From positions 106,890,001 through 106,954,000 of the forward strand of contig NC_086107.1 of assembly GCF_963921235.1 (NCBI RefSeq): a stretch of DNA of 64,000 nt, given 5' to 3'. The DNA comes from Mobula hypostoma (taxonomy: Eukaryota). The position numbers and the translations under genes are program-made. Each line of letters begins with the position of its first letter. The stretch's first letter is position 1. Of the stretch, positions 48,543-61,586 are shown piece by piece. Below the pieces are notes generated by a model. That model was given only the letters and a program-made list of their open reading frames with translations, was not told where the DNA came from and made no database searches.

Positions 48543-50665
48543 AAAGGTTGCATGGATGAACTACAACAATTGTTCATCCCAGTTTGGCAAAAAAATAAAT
48601 CAAGGAAGGTAGTGCACCCGTGGCTGACAAGAGAAATTAGGGATAGTATCAATTCCAAAGAAGAAGCATACAAATTAGCCAGAGAAAGTGGCTCACCTGA
48701 GGACTGGGAGAAATTCAGAGTTCAGCAGAGGAGGACAAAGGGCTTAATTAGGAAGGGGAAAAGAGATTATGAGAGAAAACTGGCAGGGAACATAAAAACG
48801 GACTGTAAAAGCTTTTATAGATATGTAAAAAGGAAAAGACTGGTAAAGACAAATGTAGGTCCCCTGCAGACAGAAACAGGTGAATTGATTATGGGGAGCA
48901 AAGACATGGCAGACCAATTGAATAATTACTTTGGTTCTGTCTTCACTAAGGAGGACATAAATAATCTTCCAGAAATAGTAGGGGACAGAGGGTCCAGTGA
49001 GATGGAGGAACTGAGCGAAATACATGTTAGTAGGGAAGTGGTGTTAGGTAAATTGAAGGGATTGAAGGCAGATAAATCCCCAGGGCCAGATGGTCTGCAT
49101 CCTAGAGTGCTTAAGGAAGTAGCCCAAGAAATAGTGGATGCATTAGTGATAATTTTTCAAAACTCGTTAGATTCTGGACTAGTTCTTGAGGATTAGAGGG
49201 TGGCTAATGTAACTCCACTTTTTAAAAAAGGAGGGAGAGAGAAACCAGGGAATTATAGACCGGTTAGCCTAACGTCGGTGGTGGGGAAACTGCTGGAGTC
49301 AGTTATCAAGGATGTGATAACAGCACATTTGGAAAGCGGTGAAATGATCGGACAAAGTCAGCATGGATTTGTGAAAGGAAAATCATGTCTGACGAATCTC
49401 ATAGAATTTTTTGAGGATGTAACTAGTAGAGTGGATAGGGGAGAACCAGTGGATGTGGTATATTTGGATCTTCAAAAGGCTTTTGACAAGGTCCCACACA
49501 GGAGATTAGTGTGCAAACTTAAAGCACACGGTATTGGGGGTAAGGTATTGGTGTGGGTGGAGAATTGGTTAGCAGACAGGAAGCAAAGAGTGGGAATAAA
49601 CGGGACCTTTTCAGAATGGCAGGTGGTGACTAGTGGGGTACCGCAAGGCTCAGTGCTGGGACCCCAGTTGTTTACAATATATATTAATGACTTGGATGAG
49701 GGAATTAAATGCAGCATCTCCAAGTTTGCGGATGACACGAAGCTGGGTGGCAGTGTTAGCTGTGAGGAGGATGCTAAGAGGATGCAGGGTGACTTGGATA
49801 GGTTGGGTGAGTGGGCAAATTCATGGCAGATGCAATTTAATGTGGATAAATGTGAAGTTATCCACTTTGGTGGCAAAAATAGGAAAACAGATTATTATCT
49901 GAATGGTGGCCGATTAGGAAAAGAGGAGGTGCAATGAGACCTGGGTGTCATTATACACCAGTCATTGAAAGTGGGCATGCAGATACAGCAGGCGGTGAAA
50001 AAGGCGAATGGTATGCTGGCATTTATAGCGAGAGGATTCGAGTACAGGAGCAGGGAGGTACTACTGCAGTTGTACAAGGCCTTGGTGAGACCACACTTGG
50101 AGTATTGTGTGCAGTTTTGGTCCCCTAATCTGAGGAAAGACATCCTTGGCATAGAGGGAGTACAAAGAAGGTTCACCAGATTGATTCCTGGGATGGCAGG
50201 ACTTTCATATGAAGAAAGACTGGATGAACTGGGCTTGTACTCGTTGGAATTTAGAAGATTGAGGGGGGATCTGATTGAAACATATAAGATCCTAAAGGGA
50301 TTGGACAGGCTAGATGCAGGAAGATTGTTCCCCATGTTGGGGAAGTCCAGAACGAGGGGCCACAGTTTGAGGATAGAGGGGAAGCCTTTTAGAACCGAGA
50401 TTAGGAAAAACTTCTTCACACAGAGAGTGGTGAATCTGTGGAATTCTCTGCCACAGGAAACAGTTGAGGCCAGTTCATTGGCTATATTTAAGAGGGAGTT
50501 AGATATGGCCCTTATGGCTACGGGGGTCAGGGGGTATGGAGGGAAGGCTGGGGCGGGGTTCTGAGTTGGATGATCAGCCATGATCATAATAAATGGCGGT
50601 GCAGGCTCGAAGGGCCGAATGGCCTACTCCTGCACCTATTTTCTATGTTTCTATGTTTCTATGTT
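48543..50665 (+). mobile_element. Young 5'-truncated CR1 LINE, same subfamily as 12438-15302
   Basis: ORFs 48495-49196, 49200-49937 and 49965-50564 are nearly identical to the minus copy. (TTCTATGT)n tail. Possible TSD AGTTCA at 48525-30 and 50667-72. Confidence 0.97.
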
Positions 50666-51294
50666 AAGTTCACCCCCATTTTCTCGAGGGCGACTAGGGA
50701 TGGACAATAAATGCTCGCCCATCCAGTGATGCCCAATCCCCCCCAAAAATGACTACATCTTAAAAACGCCTGAATCCTGGATTTCAAGGCTGATTGCAAG
50801 TGGATAGATACCAGGAGGAACAACACCAGACCAATAGGAATGTACAGATCGACTTTGAGCTTTTAGAGGACATAGGAAACTAAGCAGGTGATTGGCTGAC
50901 CATGTCCCTAAATATTATATTAGCGGATTTGTTTCCGTGAATCCCAGCCCATGGGAATATGAATATTATTGTCCAAAATTACCAGTACGGATACCTTCAC
51001 CCTGAAATAACTCCACAACCTAGAGACTCAAAAATTCTACGAATCTCAGTTTTTTTCGTCTATTTACACAACTGTTTTATTTGGCAGTTTGATTGTCTTC
51101 TGTCTTTATTTCTGAATAGTTTTTCATAAATTCAATTTTATTTCTTTATTCTCCTGTAAATGCCTGCAAGGAAATGAACCTTAAAGTATTATACGGTGGC
51201 AGTTACATACTTTAATAATACATTTATTTTAACCTTAAAACAGAGAACTATAGGATCTCAGCAGTCTCATTCAGATAGGGAACCATAGAAATAG

Positions 51295-51945
51295 ACACAG
51301 TGGCCACTTTATTCCAGACCTCCTGTACCTAATAAAGTGGCCACTGAGTGTATGTTCATGGTCTTCTGCTCCTGTAACCCATTCACTTCAAGCTTCGACA
51401 TGTTGTGCATTCAGAGATGCTCTTCAGTGCGCCACTGTTGTAACACCTGGTTATTTGAGTTACTGTTATCTTCTTGTCAGCTTGAACCAGTCTGGCCATT
51501 CTCCTCTGATCTCTCTCATTAACAAGGCGTTTTTGCCCACAGAACTGCCACTCACTGGATGTTGTTTTCTTATTCGCAATATTCTCTGTAAACTCGAGTG
51601 CAGGAGTTCCCAACCTGGGCTCCACGGACTCCTTACTTAATGGTATTGGTCCATGGCATAAAAAGAGTTGGGATCTCCTGCTCTAGAGACTGTTATGCAT
51701 GAAAATCCCGGGAGATCAGCAGCTTCTGATATACTCAAACCACCCTGTCTGGCACCATCTTTCATTCCACAGTCAAAGTCACTTAGATCACATTTCTTCC
51801 CTATCCTGATATTTGTCCTGAACAACAACTGAGCCTCTTGACCACGTCTGCATGGTTTTATGTATTGAGTTGCTGCCACATGACTAGCTGATTAGATATT
51901 TGTCTTACCGAAAAGGTGTAGCTATTAAAGTGGCCACTGAGTGTA
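51295..51945 (-). mobile_element. Tc1-like non-autonomous element with transposase 5' remnant
   Basis: TIRs cagtggccactttat / taaagtggccactgagtgta. Translates GKKCDLSDFDCGM...; QRRMARLVQAD...TVTQIT..YN. Confidence 0.85.
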
Positions 51946-52634
51946 TGTATGGCTAATGATTTTTTAGAATTAGAATTTATTTAAATCTTACATCCATCCC
52001 ACAACGTGAGGGAGTGAAAATCTTTGCATTAGAGCAATAGTCGCCTGGTATGGTATAGCTTTAAGTAATTATCAGGAAGATTTGGATCAAATTCAGCAGT
52101 TCTTTCTTAAACGCTCAGAGATCAAAACATCCTGGAAAGGAAAACTGGTTGCTAAGTAATATAGCAACATGCCCGTCAAAAAAATAAGGCATTTTATAGA
52201 GGAATTCAGCTTACTCAGGCTCTGATCTAGTCAGCCTATTTTATTGGTCAAGGATTTCTTGTTCAAGTGGTTTTGAAAGATCCAGCACTTGCACCATGTA
52301 TTGGAGAACTGTTACACATTCCTGTAGCATAATGGACAAGTACCACATCCCCGAGCTCAGTGGTTACCTGGCTAATATGCAGAAATCCTGCCTCGTAGGG
52401 TTTCCGCTGCTGTCTTGTAAGGAGTTTGTATGTTCTCCCTGGGACCATGTGGGTTTCCTCCAGGAGCTGCTGTTTCCTCCCACATTCCACTGATGTATGG
52501 GTTAGTAAGGGTTAGTAAATTGTCGGCACTTGCTGCCCCCACCTCATTCTCGGTCTGTGTTGGTTGTTGACGCAAATGATGCATTTTACTGTATGCTTCA
52601 ATAGACATGTGACAAATAAAGCTAATCTTTAATC

Positions 52635-52990
52635 TTAGTGTGTTGGCTTTCATTAGTCAGGATTTGAGTTGAAGAGCCATGAAGTAATGTTGCAGCTCTA
52701 TAAAGCCCTGGTTAGACCACATTTGGAATATTGTGTTCAGTTTTGGCCGCTTTGTTAAAGGAAGGATGTTGAAGCTTTAGAGAGGGAGTAGAAGCTATTT
52801 ACCAGAATGCTACCTAGATTAGAAGGCATGTCTTATGAAGATAGGTTGAGTGAGTTAGGATTTTTCCCTTTGGAGTGAAGGAGGACGAGAGGTGATTTAA
52901 TGGAGATGTACAAAATGATAAGAGGCATAGATCAAATGGATAGCCAGAGACTTTTTCCCAAGATGGAAATGGATAATACCAGGGAGCAAT
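52635..52990 (+). mobile_element. CR1 fragment
   Basis: [19 protein letters not shown] coding remnant. Confidence 0.8.
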
Positions 52991-53019
52991 AAGGTGGTGT
53001 CATTAAATGGTGACTGTTT

Positions 53020-56000
53020 GCATATAGCGCCGATGGGAATCATTGAACTATCCCATTTAGGACTACTACAGCTGAAATCCACAGTCATAGCCAAAGGTAC
53101 TCCAGTAAACACATTAAAAAATCTGTCAATACTCAAATTTGATGAACCTCAGACGGCAGACTCGGGTTGTGAGTACAATACCCCTTTAAGAAATTGGAAA
53201 CGGGGATATTGTGCCAATCTACAGGTATGGTTGAAATGCAGAGGGCTTAGACTTCCATTCCTGTCTATCCTGCTGGTGAATGTACAGCCTTTGAAAAATA
53301 AAACTGAAGACCTCAGAGCAAGATTGCTGTAGCAGAGGGACATCAGCAACTGCTGTGTACTCTGTTTTATGGAAACGTGGCTCACACCTGTAACTTCAGA
53401 TGCAGAGTGGCAGCGCAATGGCTTCACCGTTCTTTTCAAAGGCAGGACAGCTCAGTCTTTTAAAGGCAGCGGAGCTGGAGTATGCTTCATGATTAACTCA
53501 TTGTGGTGCACAAACGTAGTGGTTCTGTCTCAGTCTCGCTCACCAGACCTGGAACATCTAGAAGTCAAATGTCATGTACTTTACCTGCCAGTGGAGTTTC
53601 CTGCCATCGTCTTGGTAGTGGTGTGCCAGGGAAAAGTCAGACAGACACTGGACGAGTTGAGCCAAATCATCAGCAGGCGTGAAACGACTCACCCTGATGC
53701 CTTTCCTACCTGTCCATCTTGCAGAAGTCTCTGAACAACTACCACCAACATATTACTTGTGGAACAAGAGGAACCAACACACTTGACCACTGTTATACCA
53801 CCATCAAGAATGCTTACTGTGCCATCACACACCCACACTTTCCAATCACCTGGCTGTACCTCCAGCATATAGGCAGAGATTAAAAACCGCAGCACCAGTG
53901 GTGAAGACCAAGAAGGTATGGTGAAGGGGGTTGAAGGTGCACTTACAGGACTGCTTTGAGTCAGTGGACTGAATAATATTCAGGGATTCATATTCAAATC
54001 TAACTGAATACACCATAATTGTCATCAACTTCATCAAGACCTATGTGATGAGTACGTGTCTTTGAGAACATATTGGACATACTCAAACCAAAAGCCATGG
54101 ATGAACTAGGAGATTTGTAGTCTGCTGAGATCTAGATCTGTGGCATTCAAGACCAATGATCCAGAACTATCCAAGTATTCCAGGTATGAGATACAAACGT
54201 CTATTTCAAGGGTGAACAAAACAATTCCAATTGAGGTTAGACAGAATCGGATGCACGTCAGCTCTGGCAGGATTGCAGGCCATTTACAAGGCAAAACCTA
54301 CCTTCGTGAATGACTCTAATGGTTCGCTCCAAGCTGAGCTCAGTGCCTTTTATGCGTGCTTGGAAAGGGAGAATAAAACTACACCTGTGTAAACCCCTGC
54401 AGCAACCACTGATTCTGTGGTCTCTGTCCAGGAGGCCAACTTCAGAACACCTTCCAAGAGGGTGAACCCTCGCAAGGCGCCAGGCCCTGATGGTATACCT
54501 GATAGGGCTGTATTCAACTGTTAGGAGTGCTCAAGGCTCTCTTCAATCTCTCACTGCTGCAGTTGGAGGTTCTCACCTGCTTCAAAAATCACCCCAGTGC
54601 CCAAGAAGAGCAGGGAAAACTGCCACGATGACTATCGTCCAGTGGCACTTACACCTACCGTGCTGAAGCGCTTTGAGAGGTTGGTCGAGGCTAGATTTAA
54701 CTCCTGCCCAAACAAGGACCTGGACCGGCTGCATTTTGCTTATCCTCACAGCAGATGTACAGCAGATGCAGTCTCAATGGCTCTCCGCTTGGCCTAGGAT
54801 CACCAGGACCACAGGGACACCTGCGTCAGGCTGCTGTTTATTCTCTCAGCTCAGCGCTCAACACAATCATACCCTCAGTTCCAATTAACAAGCTCCAAAA
54901 TCTGGATCCTTGACATCTTTACCGGGAGACCACAATCAGTGCAGATCAGCAAAACATCTCCTCTTTGCTGACAATCAACACTGGTGCTCCCCAAAGATGC
55001 GTGCTTTGCCCGCTGCTGTCCTCTCTCTGCACCCACAAATATGTGGCTAGGCACGGCTAAAATGCCATCTATAAATTTGCTAACAACACAACTATTCTCC
55101 ATAATCTCCATCAGCGCAGGTGCACCACAAGACTGCGTGCTTAGCCCCCTGCTCTACTTAACTTTACACTAATGACTGTGTGGTTAAACACAGCTCCAAT
55201 GCTATACTCAGGTTTGCTGATGACATCACTCTTTTAGGCTGAATCAAACGTGGCGGTGAATCAGCATATGGGGGGCGTGGGGGGAGATTGAAAACCTCAC
55301 TGAGTTCTGCCGTGACAACAACGTCTGGAGACCGAGGAGCTGATCATTGACTTCGGGAGGAGGAAGCTGGAGATCTACGAGCTTCCTCATCAGGGATCAG
55401 AGGGGGAGAGGGTCAGCAACTTTAAATTCCTCGGCGTTACCATTTCAGAGGATCTGTCCTGGGCCCAGCACGTAAGTGCCATTACGAAGAAATCAGGGCA
55501 GTGACTCTACTTCCTTAGAAGTTTGCAAAGTTTCAGCATGGGATCTAAAACTTCTAGATGTGTGTTGGAGAGTTTATTGATCGGTTAGATTAGATTATGA
55601 GGACACGCAGTCCTCTTTTATTGTCATTTATTAATGCATGCATTAAGAAATGATACAATATTCCTCCGGTGTGATATCACAAAAACACAGGACAGACCAA
55701 GACTGAGAAACTAACAAAAACCACATAATTATAACATATAGTTACAACAGTGCAACAATACCATAACTTGATGAAGAACAGGCCATGGCACAGTAAAAAA
55801 GTTCAAAGTCTCTCGAATATCCCACATCTCACGCAGACGGGAGAAGGAAGAAAACTCTCCCTGCCGTGCCCGACCACAGTCCGACTCTGAGTCGTCCGAA
55901 AACTTCGAGCCTCCGATCAGCCCTCCGACACCGAGTACCGAGCACCATCTCTATCCGAATGATTCGACCTCAGCCTCGGTCGCTAGCAGCAGGCAAAGCC

Positions 56001-56465
56001 GGGGATTTTGGGGCCTTCCCTCCGGAAGATTCTCGATCGCCCAGTAACAGCGGCAGCGAACCTGCGTTTCAGAAATTTCTCCAGATGTTCCTCTGTGCTT
56101 TCACGTCTGTCTCCATCAATCAGAATTGTCCACGTCCTCTATTTAACAGAAACGATATCATTTCACCGGAGAGCTGCGCGCGCTGCGTCGCACTGCCATC
56201 TTCTCCTTCTGCCTTCTCTAGGGCCTAGTATGGAAACACCAATGCCCTTGAACGGAAAATCCATAAAAAGTAATGGATACGGCCCAGTCCGTCACGGGTA
56301 AACCCCTCCCTACCACTGAGCACATCTACGTGGAGTGCTGTTGTGGGAAAGCAGCATCTGTCATCAGGGACCCTCACAACCCAGGTCACGCAGCTGGCAT
56401 CAGGAAGTAGGTGCAGGAGCCTCAGGACTCACACCACCAGGTTCAGGAATAGTTATTACCCCTCT
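53020..56465 (+). mobile_element. Long degenerate Rex/Babar-type LINE (APE + RT), interrupted at 55586-56210
   Basis: SILLVNVQPLKNK, ETWL, DYRPVALT..VLKRFERLV, GAPQDCVLSPLLY and FADD remnants. Confidence 0.88.
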
Positions 56466-57489
56466 CCACTTCCATTCGTTGGAGAAGGTTCATGAAAATG
56501 ATTCCTGGATTGAAAGGCTTATCACATGAGGAGTGTTTGATAGCTCTGGGGTTATTCTCACTGAATATCAGAAGAATGAGGAGGGACCTCATTGAAATCT
56601 ATCAAATGTTGGAAGGCCTTGATAGAATGGAGAGGATTTCATGACATATGTCAGCGGTAGTGAACCTGATTCAAAGGTCAAAGTACATTTATTATCAAAG
56701 TATGTATACATTATACAGCCTTGAGATTGATCTGCTGACAGGCAGCCACAAAACAACCCATTAGGAAAAGGTCGTCAAACACCCAATGTGCAGAGAGAAA
56801 AAAACGAATCATTTCTGATTTGTGATTCTGATAAAGACTCCGTCAGGAGTCCTGATGAAGGGTCTTGGCCTGAAACACCAACTGTTTATTCCCCGCCACA
56901 GATGCTGCCTGACCTGCTGAGCTCCTCCACCATCGTGTGTGTGAGTGAGTCAGATCTGTAAATGTATTCTTCTTTATTTTGTGGATATTACTATAAATCT
57001 AAACCGTACAAGGCAACAATATTAGAGTATATAAATCTCAGCAGATAATCGTGTTCCTCTCTGGTTTTCCCACAATGTAACGCGTACTCACTGGAGCATG
57101 AGGAAGGCGAGCCGAACTGGATCGCTGAGCAGAGATTGGCTTTGCTTGTTCACAGGCATCTTGACAGCGTCGATGAATCAGCCAGGCACACTGCTTCCTG
57201 CCACGGTGTCTTTGATGCATCTCCACAGGAGGGGATGTGGCGGGGTGGGGGGGGGGGTGCGGACACACGACAGCGGCAGGTGAGCCAGTGTAGGGCTGGG
57301 ACAACAATTTCAGAGCCTGCCCGGAGAGTGCAGCCCTTGTTTACAGCGTACGCCGGGGCGCAGGGTGGTCCCACCCACGGGGGCTTTTGTGAAGTAAAGT
57401 TTAGCTGTCTTCAGCATAGTTAGATTAGTTAGTTAGTTAGTGATACAGCACAGGATAGCCCCTTTGAGCCAGTAACCCTCGATTTAACC

Positions 57490-57692
57490 CTATACTAGTC
57501 ACTCTGTCGTCAAGACAGTACATCACTGGACCCCGGAAGGCCGGAGGAAACGCAGGAGACCAAAGGCAACTTGGCACCGTGCCCTAGAGGCAGAAATCAG
57601 CACCCTGAACCACATCTGGGGCACAGTAGAAAAGATGACCAAGGATAGACAGAGTTCATTGCTGCCCTCAGCACCAGTGGCGTAACAGGCCA
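57490..57692 (+). mobile_element. RTE LINE 3' fragment
   Basis: HWTPEGRRKRRRPKATW, the typical RTE C-terminal R-x-x-GRP-like motif. Confidence 0.65.
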
Positions 57693-57719
57693 CTGGACAG
57701 CCACAGGGCAATTTACACA

Positions 57720-59190
57720 TTGGGGTTTAAACCAGAGTTGCAGGGGGATGGGAACCAGAGTGTCAGAACAGTTTGTGGAGAGGTGGTGGAGGCAGATGTT
57801 GGTAAGACCTCAGACAAAGTTAGGAATCAAAAGGTTGAGCACGGTGTGACAAATTCGTAAAGGGTGACTACAGGAATGAAGATGTTGTATCTGAATGCAC
57901 GCAGTACACGGAATAAGGTAGATGAACTTGCTGCACAGTTGCAGGTTGGCAGGCACGATGCTGTAGGCATCACTGAATCACGGCTGAAAGATTATAGCTG
58001 GGAGCTTAACGTCCAAGGATATATATTGTATGGAAGGGATAGGCAGGAAGGTAGAGGGGGCGGTGTTGCTCTGTTGGTAAAAGGTGAAATCAAATCATTA
58101 GAAAGAGGTGACATAAGGTCGGAAGGTGTTGAATCATTATGGATGAAGTTAAGTGTGATGAAGGCCCATAACTGACTACGGACGGCAAATGGCGCAGTCA
58201 GTAAAACACTCATCCCCAGCAGTAATAGTGACTGGGTCTGAACCAGAGCTGCTGCATGGAGCTGTCTCATCTCGAGGCAGCAGCAACCTGCACAGCTGTG
58301 CTGATGGTGGAGGAGACCATCTTTAACTGGATAATTGAGTTAATTAGCTTTTGGTTGGTCTAGGGGGAGGGGCTTAGCAGTTATAAGCCTCAGGTTACCA
58401 AGGCTTTGGGGTTTGGCGGTAATGCACCATTAAGCTGGATGCCAACCGCCGTAAAACAAGATACAGACAGGCTTTGGGGTTAGTTTTCTTTTGTGTTTAG
58501 TCTGAGGGTGGCTATATATATAGTGTTTTTTTTCTCCCAGTTTTTGTCTTGTTTTGAGGTAAATGAAAGCACCTCAATTTATTTCTGTGACTCAAGCCAT
58601 CTGGTTATTTTTCTTAAACAATTGACCCACAGGTTTTTGTGACACTGAGGAACTGATGGGAGTTGTATACAGACCCCCAAATAGTAGTAAGGATGTGGCC
58701 TACAAATTAAAACAGGTGATAGAAACTACATGCCAAAAGAGTAATGTTACAATACTCATGGAGGACTTCTATAGGCAGGTAGACTGGGAAAATCAGGTTG
58801 GTGCTGGACTGCAGTAGGGGGAGTTTCTAGAGTGCCTACGAGATGGCTTTTTAGAGCAGCTTGAGGTTGAGTCTACTGGAGGATCAGCTATTCTGGATAG
58901 TGTGTTGAGCAATGAACCAGGATTGAGTAGTGAGCGTAAGGTAAAAGAACCCTGAGGAGAAAGTGATCATAATATGATGAAGTTCAGAGATGAATTTGAG
59001 AAGGAGAAGCTAAAATCAGATGTATGATTATTACAGTGGAGTAAAGTGATTTACAGAAGTGAGGAAGGAGATTGGTGCACCTTTAGCGATGATTTTTGTG
59101 TCTTCGTTGGCCACAGGAGTAATACCAGCTGATTGAAGGGTGGAAAATGTTATTCCTTTTTTCAAGAAAGGCAGTAGGGATAACACTGGG
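57720..59190 (+). mobile_element. CR1 APE-region fragment related to 1640-2340, interrupted at ~58155-58650
   Basis: ORF 57864-58175: LYLNARSTRNKVDEL...GITES...GRGGGVALLVK. Confidence 0.85.
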
Positions 59191-59199
59191 CACTTCAGA

Positions 59200-60320
59200 T
59201 CAAAGTTCAAAGTAAATTTTATTATCACCTTATACAACTCTGAGATTCGTTTTCTTGTGGGCATACCCAACAAATCTATAATATAGTAATTATAACAGAA
59301 TCAATTAACTAGGACGTTCAACCAAAAGACAACAAACTGCGCAAATGCAAAAAGAAGAGGCAATAATATAAATAAATAAGCAATAAATATCGAGAACATG
59401 AGATGAAGACTCCTTGAAAGTGAGGCCATGGGTTGTGGGAATGTTTCAGTGTTGGGGCGAGTGATATTGAGTAAAATTATTCCCTCTGGTTCAGGATCCC
59501 GATGGTTGAGGGGTAATAACTGTTCTTGAACCTGGCGGTGTGAGTCCTGAGGCTCTTGTACTTTCTTCCTGATGGCAGCAGTGAGAAGAGAGCATGTCCT
59601 GGGAGGTGGGGGTCCCTGATGATGGATGCTGCTTTCCTGCGACATTGCTCCATATAGATGTGCTCAACGGTGGAGAGGGCTTTACCTGTGACGGACTGGG
59701 TCGTATCCACTACTTTTTGTAAGATTTTCTCTTTAAGGGCATTGGTGATGCAGCCAGTCAATATACTCTCCACCACACACCTATAGAGGCTTTCAAAGTT
59801 CTAGATGCCATGCCAAATCTTCACAAACTCCTGAGGAATTACAGACACAGTTGTGCTATCTTCGTAATTGCATTTATGAGCTGGGCCCAGGAGAAGTTGT
59901 CTGAAATGCTAACACAGAGGAATTTAAAATTGCGGACCCTCTCCACCTCTGATCCTCCGATGAGGACTGACTCAAGGGCCTCCAGTTTCCTCCTCTGGAA
60001 GTCAATAATCAGCTCCTTGATCTTGGTGACATTGAGTGAGAGGTTGTTGATGTGCCACCACTCAGCTGCATTTTCAGTCTCCCTCCTATATGCTGATTCG
60101 TTACCATCTTTGATCCGGCCAACAACAGTGGTGTCATCAGCAAACTGAATATGGCTTTGGAGCTGCTCTTAGCTGCACAGTCATAGGTGTAAATCGAGTA
60201 GAGCGGGGGCTAAGCACGCAGCCTTATGGTTCACCTTGTGCTGATGGAGATTGCGGGGGAGATGTTGTTACCAATTCAAACTGACTGGGGTCTGCAAGCG
60301 AGGAAATTGAGGTGGCTTGA
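59200..60320 (-). mobile_element. Rex/Babar-type LINE 3' portion
   Basis: ORF 59477-59776: ESILTGCIT...LLPSGRKY...FKNSYYP. FADD at ~60135. Confidence 0.88.
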
Positions 60321-60384
60321 TAGAGCGTACAAAATATAAAAGAAGTATAGATTGAATGGATAACCACAGCATGCAAATAGTTTT

Positions 60385-61085
60385 TATAACCTTTGAGGCC
60401 CTTACTAATCAAGAATCTATCAGCCTCTGCTTTAAATATAATTGGACTCCACAGCCTTCTGTGGCAATGAATTCCACAGATTCACCACCCTCTGGCTGAA
60501 AAAAATCCCCCCTCACCTCTGTTCTAAAGGCACATCCTTGTATTGTGGTCCTGGCCTTCCAATATTCAATAGGTTTCAATGAGATTCCCCCCTCACTCTT
60601 CTAAGTTCCAGTGAGCACAGCCTCAGAGCCATCAAATGCTGGTCATACATTAAGCCTTTCATTACTGGGATCATTCTCGTAAATCTCCTCTGGACCCTCT
60701 CCAATGCCAGCACACCCTTTCTTGGAGAAGGGGCCCAGAACTGCTCACGATCACCCAAGTGTGGTCTGACCAACGCCTTATAAATCCTCAGCATCACATC
60801 CTTGCTTTTATATTCTCGTTCTCTTGGAATGAATGCTAACGTTGCATTTGCCTTCCTTACCACCACCTCAACTTTTGAAGTTTTTTCTTCACTGAGAACA
60901 TAGTCTATGCCTTTATTCCTTCTACCAAAGTGCATGACCGTACACTTCTCTATTCTATATTCTATCTGTTACTTCCTTGCCCATTCTCCCAATCCGTCAT
61001 TGGTTCTGCAGTCTCCCTGCTTCCCCAACTCTAGCTGCCCCTCTACCTGTTTTTGTATCATCCACAAACTTGGCCATCAATTCTG
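60385..61085 (-). mobile_element. CR1 fragment
   Basis: ORF 60576-60935: KANATLAFI...YKALVRPHL...LERVQRRFTR. Confidence 0.88.
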
Positions 61086-61254
61086 TTATCCCGTTAAGGT
61101 GCTTGGAGGAAAGTTTAGTGAGGCATATCAGAGGCAAGTTCTTTACACAGAGAGCGGTTGTAGCATGGAACATCCTCTCAGGGTGCTGGGAGAGGGAGAT
61201 ACATTAGGAACATCTAAGTAACTCTTGGGCACGTGGATGATAGAAAAATTGATG

Positions 61255-61586
61255 GGGAGGGAGAAAGTGAGAGGGAGAGAGAACAAGAGGAAGAGAAGAG
61301 AGATAGAGTGAGTGAGAGGAAGAGAGAGGGGAGAGAGAGCAAGAGGCAAGGGTTGGAGAGAGAGAGAGAAAGGAGGGAGAGGGGGAGGGGGAGAGAGGGA
61401 GCGGTAAGAGAGGAGGAGAGAGAGGGAGTGACAGAAAGTGGGAGAGAAGGGAGAGAGGGTGAGAGAGAGAGGGGAGGGGGAGTGATGGGGGAGAAAGGGA
61501 GGGATAGAAGGGAGGGAGAGGGAGGGAAGGAGAGAGACCAAAAGACAAGATGGAGAGAGGGAGAGAGAAAGAGTGAGAGAGAGAGA
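61255..61586. repeat. Polypurine (GA-rich) tract
   Basis: Direct inspection: ~330 bp almost entirely A/G. Confidence 0.95.
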
